A stretch of 62,907 nucleotides of DNA, counting the filler, from Acetivibrio sp. (GTDB taxonomy: Bacteria > Bacillota > Clostridia > Acetivibrionales > Acetivibrionaceae): NCBI RefSeq assembly GCF_035371925.1. It is 5 parts of 5 records of this genome, joined end to end, with 100 filler letters (N's around TTAATTAATTAA, not from the genome) between each part and the next. Parts side by side here need not be neighbours in the genome. Positions count along the whole stretch, not along the records: positions 50,664 to 62,907 come from NZ_DAORXT010000087.1; 4 more parts are not named here. One strand, given 5' to 3'. The notes beneath the pieces were generated by a model. It was not told the DNA's origin and searched no databases. It saw nothing but the letters and a program-made list of their open reading frames with translations. This document shows positions 62,862 to 62,907 of the stretch, one piece after another. A program made the position numbers and the translations under genes. Position 1 is the stretch's first letter, and the number at the start of each line of letters is the position of its first letter.

Positions 62862-62907
62862 TTTAAATTGCAAGTTTAATTGCCTTACAAAATCTTACAG
62901 AACCCTG
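62862..62907 (-). repeat. 46-bp repeat, probable IS end, upstream of the tad operon
   Basis: Exact reverse complement of 38287-38332. Confidence 0.8.

Overview
This window is not one locus. It is five unlinked draft contigs of about 12-13 kb, apparently ordered by decreasing size and joined by 100-nt N spacers containing TTAATTAATTAA (12761-12860, 25555-25654, 38181-38280, 50564-50663), so adjacency across the spacers means nothing. The source is a cellulosome-producing thermophilic clostridium closely related to Acetivibrio (Clostridium) thermocellum, inferred from dockerin-bearing GH81, GH43-CBM13 and XynC-like GH10 genes. Contig 1 has a complete four-gene Wadjet (jetD-A-B-C, type III-like) anti-plasmid system directly behind two cellulosomal genes. 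Contig 2 has envelope genes, an uncharacterised flavoprotein/ferritin-like/CBO0543 cluster and rplU-prp-rpmA-obgE-yhbY. Contig 3 has an ECF sigma/anti-sigma pair, xynC, hydE and a Cys/Met cluster. In contig 4 a PLP aminotransferase gene is split after codon 11 by a 1,402-bp insertion. That insertion ends in an IS200/IS605 tnpB remnant with a right-end hairpin and carries a compact type I toxin-antitoxin-like peptide/antisense-promoter/HTH module; this is the most unusual element in the window. Contig 4 also has BlaI/BlaR-like genes with a double operator, a heterodimeric ABC exporter and a CotH kinase bearing a CipA-type X-dockerin II. Contig 5 has lepB, aspS, hisS with a His T-box, and a Tad/Flp pilus locus. 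All family assignments come from motif recognition by eye; no database searches were run.
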